A DNA stretch of 64,000 bases from an uncultured Marinilabiliaceae bacterium (GCA_964608615.1 CAZSQG010000005.1:23651-87650); one strand, 5' to 3'. Counted from the first letter of the stretch, positions 1 through 9,860 are shown. The notes: a model not told the origin generated them from the sequence alone. Numbers and translations are program-made.

Positions 1-102
1 TAAGGATTATACCCACATCATAAATACCTAAATAACATGTTATTCCTTGACAAAAAAATAGTTTACAAATAATTGAATTTTCCTTTTAACAAAGACATCT
101 AT

Positions 103-684
103 ATGGAGCTCATATTTGCCACTCATAATCAACATAAATTAAGTGAACTACAACAAATATTGGAGAATCAAATCCATTTAGTGAGTTTGGACGACCTAAA
201 TCATTTTGATGAGATTGAAGAAACAGGTTTAACACTAATTGATAACGCCATACTAAAAGCCCGTTATATCTACAACCAATACAAACTTGACACCTTTGCC
301 GATGACACAGGCCTTGAAATAGAAGCTCTTAATGGTGCCCCGGGCGTATTGTCGGCCCGTTTTGCCGGTGCCGAAAATAATGCAATAAACAACATGAAAA
401 AAGTGCTCGAACTAATGACGGGAGTTACAAACAGAAAGGCACAATTTAAAACTGTTATTGCATTAATAATTAACAATCGTGAGTTTCTTTTTGAAGGGTT
501 AGTGACTGGAAAAATACTTGAGTTTCCAATTGGCGACAAGGGTTTTGGCTACGATCCAATTTTTCAACCTCAAGGATATTCTGTCTCCTTTGCTCAAATG
601 GATGCCGAAACCAAAAATAAAATTAGTCATCGGGGTAAGGCTGTATTGCAATTAGTAGATTTCTTAAAAAAACTTCCAATTTGA
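103..684 (+). CDS. rdgB: Non-canonical purine NTP pyrophosphatase (RdgB/HAM1 family)
   Basis: The translation carries the family hallmarks FATHNxHK near the N-terminus, FADDTGLE, GFGYDPIF and ISHRGKA. The ORF-track start at 73 is TTG. The first ATG at 103 (MELIFATHN) is the likelier start. Confidence 0.9.
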   Translation: MELIFATHNQHKLSELQQILENQIHLVSLDDLNHFDEIEETGLTLIDNAILKARYIYNQYKLDTFADDTGLEIEALNGAPGVLSARFAGAENNAINNMKKVLELMTGVTNRKAQFKTVIALIINNREFLFEGLVTGKILEFPIGDKGFGYDPIFQPQGYSVSFAQMDAETKNKISHRGKAVLQLVDFLKKLPI

Positions 685-804
685 ACTTAAAGACTCAAAA
701 AATAACTGCATGCTATTTTCTATATGTGAATATGTTTGAGGTTTTGTACCTTTACAGGTATTAAATATAATTTAAACACCCATGGTGTATAATTCAGATA
801 ATTA

Positions 805-3273
805 ATGAACAACTTGTTGTTTTATTTTTTTGTACTATATGTTATTTTCAAATTGCATGAAGTTAAAAGAGCCAGACACTTTTTGAAAACTTCTCTGCTT
901 TTGGCTTTCATTTTACCATTTTTTGCTTATTCACAAAATGACAATTTGAAAATTGGTGATTGGAAACACCATTTTTCATTCAATGATTGCTTCTCCATTA
1001 TTGAAACCCCAACCCAAATAATTGGTGCATCCAGTTTGGGCCTCAACATCTTCACAAATAATGATCAATCATTATCGTCATTAACAAAAATCAATGGCCT
1101 TTCGGACTATAACCTCTCTGCTATAGCTTATCTACCTGATAATAACACTATTATTATAGGATACACAAATGGCAACATCGATTTGATAGAAAACGGATCT
1201 GTTTACAACATCAACGATTTGAAGATTAAACAGATGGACGGAAGCAAAAGAATCAATCATTTTTTGAATATAGATAATACAATTTACTGTAGTACTGATT
1301 TTGGGATTATCCTAATAAACACTGATAAAAAGGAAATTTCATCATCATGGTACATTGGTGAGGAGGCCTCTGGCTTACAGATTTTTCAACTTGTAACTGA
1401 CGGAAACAGCCTTTACGCAGCTACCAATAAGGGCGTGAGAAAAACCTCCTTATTAGGTTCTAATCCGGAATTTTTCGAAAATTGGCAAACCATTTCTCCA
1501 ACATCAAATCCCTACATCTCCATAGCATTATTCTCCGGACGCTTAATTGCTGCTTTAGGCCAAAAAGGACAGACCTGTTCGTTACAATCGTTTCAAGACA
1601 ATATTGTAACAACCTTTGCCTCTGTATCTTATTTTTACAGCATGAATATTTCTGCTAGTGAACTTATTGTTACTTCGGGTAATGCCATACGTTTTTTTAA
1701 CAGTTCACTACAACTTACCGAGCCTATAAGCTCGCCATACATTAATGAAACAACGTTTTCGCCAGCCTTTAGAAACGGAATTCTTGACAAGAACAACAAC
1801 CTCTGGGTTGCCGATAATTCAAAAGGCTTATTAAAGCGAGTTTCAAATAACTATTTCACCCCCTATAACATGCAAGGCCCGGCCAGTAACCAGTGCAAAC
1901 AATTACTTTTGGCCGGATCAAACCTCTGGATAGTAGCAGGGGGGTTAACAAGTTCATGGAATAACGCTGGTATTAAAGCATCATCATCGGTACTAACTTC
2001 CATGGGATGGCAGCATATAACATATGAAAACTCCCTACTTTTGGAAAACATCATAGACCTCATAGGCGTTTCGGCCAACCCGTTAAACCCCAATCACATT
2101 TTCATAAATTCATGGGGGCAAGGGGTCTTTGAACTGGAAGAAGAGGAGGGAACTTTTTATGTAAAAAACAATTTTAATAAATCAGAAACAGGCCTTCAAA
2201 ATATTGATTGGGCAGCACCTTCAGGCTATGTTAGAATTGGAGCAACTGCTTTTGATAAGAACAACACTCTCTTTATTACAAACTCTCAGGTCGATAATGG
2301 ATTGGTTGCCTATTTCCCCGAAGATCAGTCCTTTTTTCGACTTAATTACCAGTCAATAAAGGCAACTCAGGGTTTGGGTACTATGCTGATGCCATCATCC
2401 GGAGATAAGTGGATGATTATTGGCCGGGGTACATCAAAAGGACTATTTATTTGGAATGATAACGATACCCCAAAAAATCAATCAGACGACAAATACCGAA
2501 GCGCAATTCTTCCGGCCGATGAAACAGATACCCGAAACAAAGGTCAACTATTACTTTGGGACGATAATGGAGAGGTTATCACAAATAATATTTTCTCAAT
2601 CGCTGAAGACCACAATGGTTATATTTGGATTGGCACTGATGTTGGTATTGTTGTTCAGTATCAACCTCGTAAAATTCTCACTAAAGAAAAACCTATCTTT
2701 TCCAGAATTAAAATTTCCAGAAACGATGAATCGGGCCTGGCTGACTATCTTTTGGAAAATGAAACCGTTACATCAATAGTGGTTGATGCAGGTAATAGAA
2801 AATGGATTGGAACACAGGACGCCGGAGTATTCCTTGTTTCAGCCGATGGGACTAGAACTGTTTCTTCATATAACACCACCAATAGTCCAATACCATCCAA
2901 TTACATTACATCTATTGCTATAAACAATGAAACCGGTGAAGTTATTATTGCTACTGATAATGGCGTTATTGCCACCCGGGGCTCTGCTACAAAGGGAATG
3001 GATAAATTCAACAACATTTATGCTTTCCCAAATCCTGTTAAGCCTAATTTTTACGGAACTATAACTATTACAGGGTTGATGACAAAATCCAATGTTAAAA
3101 TCACGGATGTTACCGGCAAGTTGGTATATGAAACAACCTCTGTTGGTGGTCAGGCTTTTTGGGATGGATGCAATTTCTGGGGCGAAAAAGTGAAGTCAGG
3201 CATATACCTTGTTTTTGTAGCTTCAGAAGACGCATCTGAATCAGAAGTAACAAAAATTGCCATCATAAGATAA
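805..3273 (+). CDS. Secreted beta-propeller protein with T9SS C-terminal sorting domain (PorZ-like)
   Basis: 822 aa with a signal-like N-terminus (KTSLLLAFILPFFAYSQ). It has repeated two-component-regulator-propeller-like blades (GxxxGL, WIGT/WVAD motifs). The last ~82 aa look like a Por secretion tail. Size and architecture match PorZ-type T9SS components, but that specific assignment is not verified. Confidence 0.75.
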   Translation: MNNLLFYFFVLYVIFKLHEVKRARHFLKTSLLLAFILPFFAYSQNDNLKIGDWKHHFSFNDCFSIIETPTQIIGASSLGLNIFTNNDQSLSSLTKINGLSDYNLSAIAYLPDNNTIIIGYTNGNIDLIENGSVYNINDLKIKQMDGSKRINHFLNIDNTIYCSTDFGIILINTDKKEISSSWYIGEEASGLQIFQLVTDGNSLYAATNKGVRKTSLLGSNPEFFENWQTISPTSNPYISIALFSGRLIAALGQKGQTCSLQSFQDNIVTTFASVSYFYSMNISASELIVTSGNAIRFFNSSLQLTEPISSPYINETTFSPAFRNGILDKNNNLWVADNSKGLLKRVSNNYFTPYNMQGPASNQCKQLLLAGSNLWIVAGGLTSSWNNAGIKASSSVLTSMGWQHITYENSLLLENIIDLIGVSANPLNPNHIFINSWGQGVFELEEEEGTFYVKNNFNKSETGLQNIDWAAPSGYVRIGATAFDKNNTLFITNSQVDNGLVAYFPEDQSFFRLNYQSIKATQGLGTMLMPSSGDKWMIIGRGTSKGLFIWNDNDTPKNQSDDKYRSAILPADETDTRNKGQLLLWDDNGEVITNNIFSIAEDHNGYIWIGTDVGIVVQYQPRKILTKEKPIFSRIKISRNDESGLADYLLENETVTSIVVDAGNRKWIGTQDAGVFLVSADGTRTVSSYNTTNSPIPSNYITSIAINNETGEVIIATDNGVIATRGSATKGMDKFNNIYAFPNPVKPNFYGTITITGLMTKSNVKITDVTGKLVYETTSVGGQAFWDGCNFWGEKVKSGIYLVFVASEDASESEVTKIAIIR
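3025..3270 (+). other. T9SS C-terminal sorting domain (CTD) of the 805..3273 protein
   Basis: C-terminal 82 aa: FPNPVKPNFYGTITITGL...VKITDVTGKLVYE...GIYLVFVASEDASESEVTKIAIIR. This is the typical (Y/F)PNP start plus the GxY hydrophobic beta-sandwich pattern of Por_Secre_tail domains. Confidence 0.8.
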
Positions 3274-3313
3274 TAAACCCTAATTTTAACTTATTAGGTT
3301 AATTTTGAATAAA

Positions 3314-6055
3314 ATGTCTATGTTGAAAAAGAATATTACATTAGTTTTTATTACGTTCCTTGTTGTGCTGATTGGACTAATTTTCCTGTATATCCACAAA
3401 AACTTCATCTATGAAGAATCCCAGCCTATATCAGCAGTTCCAATTAATACAGGTGTCGTTATTCAAATAAGCCAATTACAAAAAACCAAAACTTCTCTAT
3501 TTAAAAACACAAGTTTTTCAGGAGATCTTGATAATTTCGAATCTTATAATACCATCAGTAAGGTAAACCAGTTTATTGATACATCATCAGTTTTTAAAAG
3601 TGATTTGGGCTCCAGTTTATTAGATAGAACACTAATTATTTCCTTGCACCCCGGAACTTCAACACAAACTGATTGGTTGGTTAATATTCCTATAAAAAGT
3701 CGAAACGAGGAGAAAGAACTTGGAAAACTAATAAGTAGCATACAACCCGATGTTGAACGAATAAAATTTAATGGCAGCACAATTTTTTCATTACTAAAAA
3801 ACAAGGCTTTTCCTATTCCTGCATTTGTTACAATTTACCGCGGGATATTATCCATCAGCAACAATCAGGATATATTAAAGACCTCTGTTACACAACGAAA
3901 CGAAAATAAAACCTTGTTGAATGATGAATCTTTTAACAACATTCACAAAACATCTCTCCAATCAAATCCGGTCTCTATTTACATTCATTATTCACAATTA
4001 GAAAAAATTACAAAGCCATTTTTTAATCCAAAAAAATTAAACTCTTCATTTGTATCTCGTATAGCAAACTGGAGCGAGTTGGATCTCGAAATTAGCAATG
4101 ACGCCATTTCTTTAACCGGATTTACCATAGCTGATAAAGAAGGTTTTTTTACTAATTTATTCAAAGGAGTATCTCCTCAGAAACCTGAAATTGTTCAAAT
4201 AATTCCAGCCGACACAAAATTTCTGATGAGCTATACTTTCCCGGAAAATAATCGATTCAGAGACAATCTTATCAACCTTGCTTTTTCAGGCGAAAATGCA
4301 GATACTTATAAAAAAGAATCAAATGAATTTAAAAACAAGACTGGAGTAGCGTTTGAAGAGACATTTTTTTCCTTTATCAATAATGAATGTGCACTCATAT
4401 ATACCGAGCCAAACCAGTTAAATCCAGATGGAAACCGGTTCCTGGTTTTTAGCACATCAGGCCAGGCAAAAACCCTTGAAGTACTCAATACTATAGACCG
4501 GAATAAAAAGGAGGCTGGAGATCCAACAACCTGGATTGAGCTTGATGATCAAACAAGATTTCCTGTATATCGGGCTCCCCAAATAAAATTAATGGATTTA
4601 TTCTGGAAAAACATATTTCCTGAAGTGCCCTCACGATATTATACTTTTTATCGCAACTTCATCATTTTTGCAAATAGCACGGAAGAACTACGCTTCTTTA
4701 TGTACTCAACTGTTTTAAACAAATCCCTTTCAAACCATCCTTACTATTCGTCGTTTATTGAAAACTTTTCTTTTCAAGAAAACTTTTTTCTTTTTGCAGA
4801 AATCCCCCATATTTTTTCTTTTGCTCAAAAAAGCCTTAACCCCTCTGTTTTTCACCCAACCAACAATCAGTATAAGGCTTTAAATCAATTTTATGGCATT
4901 GGATTACAATTTTCTTCGGCCGGAAATCTTACATACACTTCGGTGTTTACAAATTATACTCCACAACGAGATAAAGAACCCCGAACCATTTGGCAAAGCA
5001 GACTTGACTCTACAATAATTGGAAAACCTGTCCTCGTTGATAACCATATTACCGGCGAAAAGGAGATTTTAGTTCAGGATAAACTAAACAACCTTTACCT
5101 AATAAACAACATGGGTAGGGTTCTTTGGAAACGACCCATTGAGGGACCCATTTTGAGCGAAATATACCAGATTGATTTCTATAAAAACAATAAACTTCAA
5201 TATCTCTTTAATACAGCAGGCAAACTATACCTCCTTGACCGAAATGGAAACTATGTGGCCAAATATCCCTTTACCTTACCGGCTTCAGCAACAAACGGCC
5301 TTTCGGTTTTTGATTACGATAACAATAATGAGTATCGCATCTTTATTGCACTTGCTGATAACCGTATTTACCTTTTTGATAAAAATGGTAATCGAAATCC
5401 GGGATGGAATCCTCTTCAAACCGAAGGTAATGTTACAACGCCAATACAATATTTCAGTACCGGAGGAAGAGATTACATTGTTTTTAGCGACCAATATCGT
5501 AACTATATTTTGGATCGTCGGGGCGAAAACAGAGTTATTCCAGCCCGCAGTTTTATAAGAAATCCTAAGTCGCTTTTCTTTCTCGAAGAAGATGGCAGCA
5601 CCTCTTCCCTCGTTACAACTACCCAATCGGGTATCCTCACTAAAATATCTCTGCCATCGGGAGAATGTACCTTTAATGAGCTTTTCGAATGTCCCAAAGA
5701 TCACTTCTTTTCACTCATAGATGGAAACACTTCCTCTTCTTATGTATTTGTTACAGAAAACCAGCTTCTGTCTTTTAATAATGAAGGCAAAACAGAACTT
5801 GAGGTCTCTTTTGATCAACCCATTTTAATACATACTGATATTTACTTATTCTCGGCCAACGATATAAAATTTGGTATTGTGGAAAAAAACGGAGGACAAA
5901 TTCACCTTATTGACAGGAATGGGAAAAACTATCAGCGTTTTCCACTTAAGGGAAATAGTCGCTTTTCAATTGGTTTTTTAAAATCATCGACTTACAGGTT
6001 TAACCTTATTGTAGGTGGAAACCATAACTTCCTGAACAACTACCGTATTGAATAA
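3314..6055 (+). CDS. Large membrane-anchored protein of unknown function with C-terminal beta-propeller-like repeats
   Basis: ORF 3305..6055 starts at TTG and the first ATG is at 3314. There is an N-terminal TM helix (ITLVFITFLVVLIGLIFLYI). The C-terminal third carries about 6 repeats of the form h-Y-L-h-D/N-x-N/M-G-x5-8-P (LYLINNMGRVLWKRP, LYLLDRNGNYVAKYP, IYLFDKNGNRNPGWNP, NYILDRRGENRVIP, LLSFNNEGKTELEV, IHLIDRNGKNYQRFP). I recognise no catalytic motif. Confidence 0.7.
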   Translation: MSMLKKNITLVFITFLVVLIGLIFLYIHKNFIYEESQPISAVPINTGVVIQISQLQKTKTSLFKNTSFSGDLDNFESYNTISKVNQFIDTSSVFKSDLGSSLLDRTLIISLHPGTSTQTDWLVNIPIKSRNEEKELGKLISSIQPDVERIKFNGSTIFSLLKNKAFPIPAFVTIYRGILSISNNQDILKTSVTQRNENKTLLNDESFNNIHKTSLQSNPVSIYIHYSQLEKITKPFFNPKKLNSSFVSRIANWSELDLEISNDAISLTGFTIADKEGFFTNLFKGVSPQKPEIVQIIPADTKFLMSYTFPENNRFRDNLINLAFSGENADTYKKESNEFKNKTGVAFEETFFSFINNECALIYTEPNQLNPDGNRFLVFSTSGQAKTLEVLNTIDRNKKEAGDPTTWIELDDQTRFPVYRAPQIKLMDLFWKNIFPEVPSRYYTFYRNFIIFANSTEELRFFMYSTVLNKSLSNHPYYSSFIENFSFQENFFLFAEIPHIFSFAQKSLNPSVFHPTNNQYKALNQFYGIGLQFSSAGNLTYTSVFTNYTPQRDKEPRTIWQSRLDSTIIGKPVLVDNHITGEKEILVQDKLNNLYLINNMGRVLWKRPIEGPILSEIYQIDFYKNNKLQYLFNTAGKLYLLDRNGNYVAKYPFTLPASATNGLSVFDYDNNNEYRIFIALADNRIYLFDKNGNRNPGWNPLQTEGNVTTPIQYFSTGGRDYIVFSDQYRNYILDRRGENRVIPARSFIRNPKSLFFLEEDGSTSSLVTTTQSGILTKISLPSGECTFNELFECPKDHFFSLIDGNTSSSYVFVTENQLLSFNNEGKTELEVSFDQPILIHTDIYLFSANDIKFGIVEKNGGQIHLIDRNGKNYQRFPLKGNSRFSIGFLKSSTYRFNLIVGGNHNFLNNYRIE

Positions 6056-6124
6056 CAAAAACAATAATCAGGGATTTTTGACGATTGGAACGCATATTAC
6101 GGGTAAAAATAATTTCGCATAGCT

Positions 6125-7111
6125 ATGAAAAAACTAAAAATTGGCATATTGGGAGTTTCAAATCATTTCATTAAAAGAATTATTATTCCCTTAACAAACA
6201 GCACAAACTGTACTCCATACGCTATTGCCTCACGAATCACTGACAACGCATCGGAGGCTGCAAATGAGTTTAATATTCCGGTAATACACAATAATTACCA
6301 AGCTATACTCGATGATCCTAACGTAGACGCTGTTTATATTCCTTTACCAAACCACATACACGCCGAGTGGGTTATTAAAAGTCTAAAAGCCGGGAAACCT
6401 GTGCTTTGCGAGAAACCGCTGGCAATGAACCTTCATGAAGCGGAAAAGATGATTAAAGAATCGGAAAAAACCGGAGTCCCATTGATGGAAGCCTTTATGT
6501 TCCGTTTTCATCCAATGTGGTTACACGTTCGCGATTTAGTGCGAACCAATCAACTGGGAAAAATCAATTATATTCATACTTCCTTTTCATATAACAACCC
6601 TTCTCCTTCAAATATCAGAAATATTGCGGCTTATGGTGGAGGCAGCCTTATGGATATTGGGTGTTATGCCATTTCAGCTCCCCGGTTTATTTTGAACCAG
6701 GAACCACTCCGGGTTATATCTTTAAGCTCGGCTCATCCAGAATTTAAAACTGACATGCACACTTCTGGCCTGCTTGATTTTGGAGAAAGCAGAGCCACAT
6801 TTCATGTTTCAACCACATCGGAACCTTTTCAAAAAGTTGATATTATTGGTACATCAGGTTCAGTTACCATCCCAATTCCGTTTAACACCTATGTAGATAC
6901 TCCTTCTTCAATTATTGTTAATACCGGTATGGGTTCAAGAGAAATTACATTTCCCGTCTCAAACGCCTATCAACTTATGTTTGAGGAATTTGCTTCTTCC
7001 GTTATTGAAAATAAAAGCGTTCCTCTTCCTCTCTCAGACGCAATTAATAACATGAAAATCATTGACGCCATACGCAGATCTTCAGAAATCAGTAATTGGG
7101 TTAATTTGTAA
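6125..7111 (+). CDS. Gfo/Idh/MocA family NAD(P)-dependent oxidoreductase
   Basis: N-terminal Rossmann start KIGILGVSNH is present, followed by the conserved LCEKPLA motif (family EKP signature) and a C-terminal alpha/beta domain of typical length (328 aa). Confidence 0.85.
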   Translation: MKKLKIGILGVSNHFIKRIIIPLTNSTNCTPYAIASRITDNASEAANEFNIPVIHNNYQAILDDPNVDAVYIPLPNHIHAEWVIKSLKAGKPVLCEKPLAMNLHEAEKMIKESEKTGVPLMEAFMFRFHPMWLHVRDLVRTNQLGKINYIHTSFSYNNPSPSNIRNIAAYGGGSLMDIGCYAISAPRFILNQEPLRVISLSSAHPEFKTDMHTSGLLDFGESRATFHVSTTSEPFQKVDIIGTSGSVTIPIPFNTYVDTPSSIIVNTGMGSREITFPVSNAYQLMFEEFASSVIENKSVPLPLSDAINNMKIIDAIRRSSEISNWVNL

Positions 7112-7213
7112 ACATTCTGTGATAATAATCAAAAACAGCCGCAAATTTTGCTTAGTTTAACAGGAAACAACCTGCAATTATGTTTGTTATTCCAAAATCC
7201 TCTGATGTTATAA

Positions 7214-7549
7214 TGATTCTCTGATTGTCAGGATTTGACTTAAATTGAAACCTGAAACGCAATAATTTATTAATAAGAAGATCCGTGTTGATAACAAACT
7301 ATTTTTAAAGTAATGCATCACCACCATGTAATGTCGCCTTGAATAGGCAAAAGCACAAATTGCTCTTGTTCCTTTAGGGTTATATGATTTATGTTCAACC
7401 CATCGGGCGTTGTCCGATGCTTTTGCTCCGGCCCCCTTGGGCGTGCAGATAGTTCTTTTCACAGAAAAACATTACATCAAGACATCAATGTAGTTATTCA
7501 TTTCTATTATTCAAATAGTCAAGTCCTGACTTGTAATCATAAGGAATCA
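7214..7549. repeat. Imperfect ~30-nt inverted repeat pair bounding ~340 bp of non-coding DNA (MITE-like or decayed element?)
   Basis: Left arm 7214..7240 is tgattctctgattgtcaggatttgact. The reverse complement of right arm 7517..7549 is tgattccttatgattacaagtcaggacttgact. The shared blocks are tgattc, tgatt, gtcagga and ttgact, giving 24 of the 27 left-arm bases matched with two indels. A partial third copy (aatgataaggaa) lies near 7859. Confidence 0.3.
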
Positions 7550-7685
7550 CTATTGTCCGGTAAAAAATATTTCTTCGTTCAAGTGCTTAAGCCGCACGGG
7601 CTCTTACTTTTTTTCTACAGCAAAAAAAAGTAAGCAAAAAATGCCGCCGCTGCATATAATTTCCTAAAAATCATATTAATAGTCT

Positions 7686-7727
7686 AAAATCCGGGAACTC
7701 GCTCCGCTCAAACAGCCCGGATTTTTT
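7686..7727 (+). terminator. Hairpin + T-run (terminator-like) inside the non-coding region
   Basis: aaaatccggg (7686..7695) pairs with cccggatttt (7716..7725), giving a 10-bp stem. The loop is 20 nt and tttttt follows. The large loop makes it atypical, and no annotated gene ends just upstream. Confidence 0.3.
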
Positions 7728-8131
7728 AACGACAATTAATCTGATTTTATTAACGGAAATTCTCTGAGGCGGAAAGTAAGCCCCAAGAAAACAAGACCTC
7801 CAGGAATCCTTATTATTTAAAGCATTTAAATGATTTTCTAAAAATTTTACCGGACACCAATGATAAGGAAAATCTAAAAAGCTTTGATCTATAAAATCAA
7901 TAGCAAAAAAACACAGTAATTTATTGCCTAAACTATTTATTAGTACCTGTATAATTATTTACCTTTTCCTCCGTTATACATTAAACTGTCAACAATTTAA
8001 GTGTGTTGCCGTAATTTTTTGCAATAGTATAATCTATTAAAGTATCTTTCAAAACAGATTACTTATGTTAGGGTCTTAACAAGCAAGTTTTGGTGTTTCC
8101 TAATCAATTCAAATAATCATTTTGATTATTT

Positions 8132-9022
8132 ATGAGAAAGATAGCATTTCTGATATTACTATTTTTTATGATTTCTTGCACCAACAAAAAGCAAGTAAAA
8201 ATTGCCACGTTTAATGCAAGATTTTACAATTCAAACGAAGCAGAAAACTCCTGGGAAACAAGAGTTTCGTTAATGCAATCGTTCTTCAATAAAGAAGATT
8301 TCGACATCATCGGAATGCAGGAAGTAACCCATCATCAGATACTGGATCTTCAAAAAAGACTCCCCCATTACGAATATGTTGGTAAAGGACAGGCTGATGG
8401 GCACGAAGGAGGTGAGTACTGTCCCATATTCTATAAAAAAGACAAATATACTCTACTAGCAAAATCACAGTTTTGGTTGTCTGAAACCCCGGAAACACCT
8501 GGAAGTATTAACTGGGAAGGATTATTCCCACGAATTGTTACATGGGTAAAATTAGAAAACAATAAAACCGGTCATATATTCTTTGTCTTTAACACGCAAT
8601 TCTGCCATATAAGCGAATTTGCCAGGGAAAAAAGTGCCATTCTGATTCTCAAAAAAATAAACGAAATTGCCGATTATGCTCCTGTAATTTTGACCGGGGA
8701 TTTTAACATGCAAAAAGATTCAAAACCATACCTGATACTTACCTCCAACTGGGATCGCTTTATTTCATTAATTAACTCAGAAGAACTGGATAATAAGTTT
8801 GAGAATAAGGATTCAACAACATGTAATAACTTTTCGAGTAACTCGCCTTCTCATAAAACAGATTTCATTTTTGTGAATGGTTACTTAAGCGTTTCTAAGT
8901 ACAAAGTTCACGTTGTTAAGCAAAAAACTATTTCTGACAATTATCCTGTATCGGCTACTCTTAATTTCTTATTTGAACGACGTTTCCGTCATGGTAAATT
9001 ATTGGATGAACCCTGGCAATAA
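8132..9022 (+). CDS. Endonuclease/exonuclease/phosphatase (EEP) family lipoprotein
   Basis: A lipoprotein-type signal is present (LILLFFMISC). EEP motifs are IATFN, GMQEV and TGDFN. The C-terminal motif reads SDNYPV instead of the canonical SDHxPV. Confidence 0.8.
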   Translation: MRKIAFLILLFFMISCTNKKQVKIATFNARFYNSNEAENSWETRVSLMQSFFNKEDFDIIGMQEVTHHQILDLQKRLPHYEYVGKGQADGHEGGEYCPIFYKKDKYTLLAKSQFWLSETPETPGSINWEGLFPRIVTWVKLENNKTGHIFFVFNTQFCHISEFAREKSAILILKKINEIADYAPVILTGDFNMQKDSKPYLILTSNWDRFISLINSEELDNKFENKDSTTCNNFSSNSPSHKTDFIFVNGYLSVSKYKVHVVKQKTISDNYPVSATLNFLFERRFRHGKLLDEPWQ

Positions 9023-9031
9023 ATTATTAAT

Positions 9032-9835
9032 CTAAAAAATAAATTCAATAAGATATCCGGTGTGCCGGCGTAAGTTCACAACTTTTTCATCATTAAACAG
9101 CAAATATTGACCTTTAATTCCAGTCAGCAAACCCTTTAACTCCTTTGTTGTATCAAGATTAACCGTTTGGGGATGAGCCGGATATTTTTCGACAGGATAA
9201 TTCAACACTTGAATGGTATCTTCCCCGTGGCTATAACTTGCAAGCTCTTCAGGCAACAAACCCAAAGCTTTGGTTTTGAGGTTACACAAATCAACCTTTA
9301 GGTTAATATCATCCGAAACCATTTTCTTCCACATGGTTTTATCCGAAAACTCCTGCATAAGAAGCACTTCAATTAATCCGGCTATATGACGATTTGGGGT
9401 TTTACACACCTTAATGGCAGCCGTAGCCCCCTGATCGATCCACCGTGTAGGTATTTGGGATTCCCGTGTTACACCAACCTTTACTTCTCCTGTATTGGCC
9501 AGATATACATAATGCGGTTGTAAACAATGCTGTTTAGCCCAATTCATGTCGCGGGCCAAACCCAGATGAGCTTTGCATAGAACAGGACGAAGCACACATT
9601 CGTCGGCTTCGGGAGCCGTTTGCATACACCTAAAACAAAACCCCTGGGCATAGCTCTTTTTTGTTATCGCTCCGCATGAAATACAATTTATAATACCAGT
9701 ATATTTAATTTCTATTTCTTGTCCAACCAAATCATTCAGATAAATATCCTCACCTTCAAAATGCAGATGGTATTCCACTTCATTTTTACAGTTAAGCGTG
9801 CCAGACATTTTTCTTAGGTTACCCTTTACCACCAT
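9032..9835 (-). CDS. DUF2797-like protein with zinc-ribbon
   Basis: 267 aa with a CxxC...CxxC pair (CISCG...CFRC) followed by a conserved C-terminal domain. It resembles the DUF2797 family common in Bacteroidota. Function is unknown. Confidence 0.55.
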   Translation of the reverse strand: MVVKGNLRKMSGTLNCKNEVEYHLHFEGEDIYLNDLVGQEIEIKYTGIINCISCGAITKKSYAQGFCFRCMQTAPEADECVLRPVLCKAHLGLARDMNWAKQHCLQPHYVYLANTGEVKVGVTRESQIPTRWIDQGATAAIKVCKTPNRHIAGLIEVLLMQEFSDKTMWKKMVSDDINLKVDLCNLKTKALGLLPEELASYSHGEDTIQVLNYPVEKYPAHPQTVNLDTTKELKGLLTGIKGQYLLFNDEKVVNLRRHTGYLIEFIF

Positions 9836-9860
9836 GATACAATATTGCTCTACTTAATTG

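Noticed and set aside
270-6055. Short antisense or out-of-frame ORFs inside the first three genes (270..539, 1863..2093, 2420..2779, 3544..3804, 4306..4488, 5172..5558, 5285..5704, 5503..5697).
   Set aside because: All are embedded in longer ORFs with clear family motifs or repeat structure. They have low-complexity or odd composition and no motifs.
7208-7633. ORFs 7208..7462 (-) and 7391..7633 (+) in the 1-kb non-coding region.
   Set aside because: The two overlap each other and lack a recognisable domain, a plausible RBS context or a signal sequence. Their sequences are odd and Cys/His/Arg-rich. I treated the region as non-coding or decayed rather than calling CDS. A gene relic cannot be excluded.
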